From: Octopus sinensis
Taxonomy: Eukaryota
Assembly: GCF_006345805.1 (NCBI RefSeq)
Contig: NC_042998.1
Location: 26,040,001 to 26,104,000 of the forward strand
DNA: 64,000 nt
Direction of reading: 5' to 3'
Shown here: piece after piece, positions 63,910 to 64,000 of the stretch
How positions within the stretch are numbered: the first letter of the stretch is position 1
How the letters are laid out: every line of letters starts with the position of its first letter
The notes under the pieces: model-generated
Seen by the model: the letters and a program-made list of their open reading frames with translations, nothing else
The model's database searches: none
Told to the model about the DNA's origin: nothing
Made by a program: the position numbers and the translations under genes

Positions 63910-64000
63910 GAGGTACATGGCTCAGAGGTTAGGGTATTTCACCCATGATTGTCAAGCTATGGTTTCCATTCCTAGACCAGGTGGTGTGTTGTGTTCTTGA
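63910..64000 (+). mobile_element. SINE family C head, truncated by the window end
   Basis: catggctcagaggttagggt ... ggtttccattcctagacc ... gttgtgttcttga. Confidence 0.7.

Overview
AT-rich (roughly two-thirds A+T by eye) eukaryotic DNA saturated with microsatellites and interspersed repeats. The SINE families, (TA)n/(TATG)n/(ATT)n density and RTE/R4/Penelope content look like an octopod cephalopod (Octopus-like) genome; this is inference from recognition, not a database result. No protein-coding gene can be identified with confidence. Most long ORFs in the track are microsatellite translations or SINE/LINE fragments, so the window is probably intronic or intergenic, with only weak candidate exons near 33.5-38.3 kb. 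Well-supported content: four tRNA-derived SINE families (my labels A-D, many with TSDs); 5'-truncated RTE and R4/Dong-like (RLE) LINEs; an internally deleted mariner; an hAT MITE; three Helitron-like non-autonomous copies; several tandem duplications; and many fold-back palindromes. Most interesting signals: (1) Penelope-type minimal hammerhead ribozyme motifs, one fused downstream of a tRNA-derived head and (AAT)n linker, suggesting a tRNA-SINE/retrozyme-like element; (2) two different SINE trimers, each bounded by a single TSD; (3) an RTE 3' fragment sitting at the axis of an 84-bp inverted repeat; (4) a minisatellite open for about 200 codons on both strands, Arg/Ser-rich on the plus strand; (5) several long-dsRNA-forming inverted repeats relevant to A-to-I editing.
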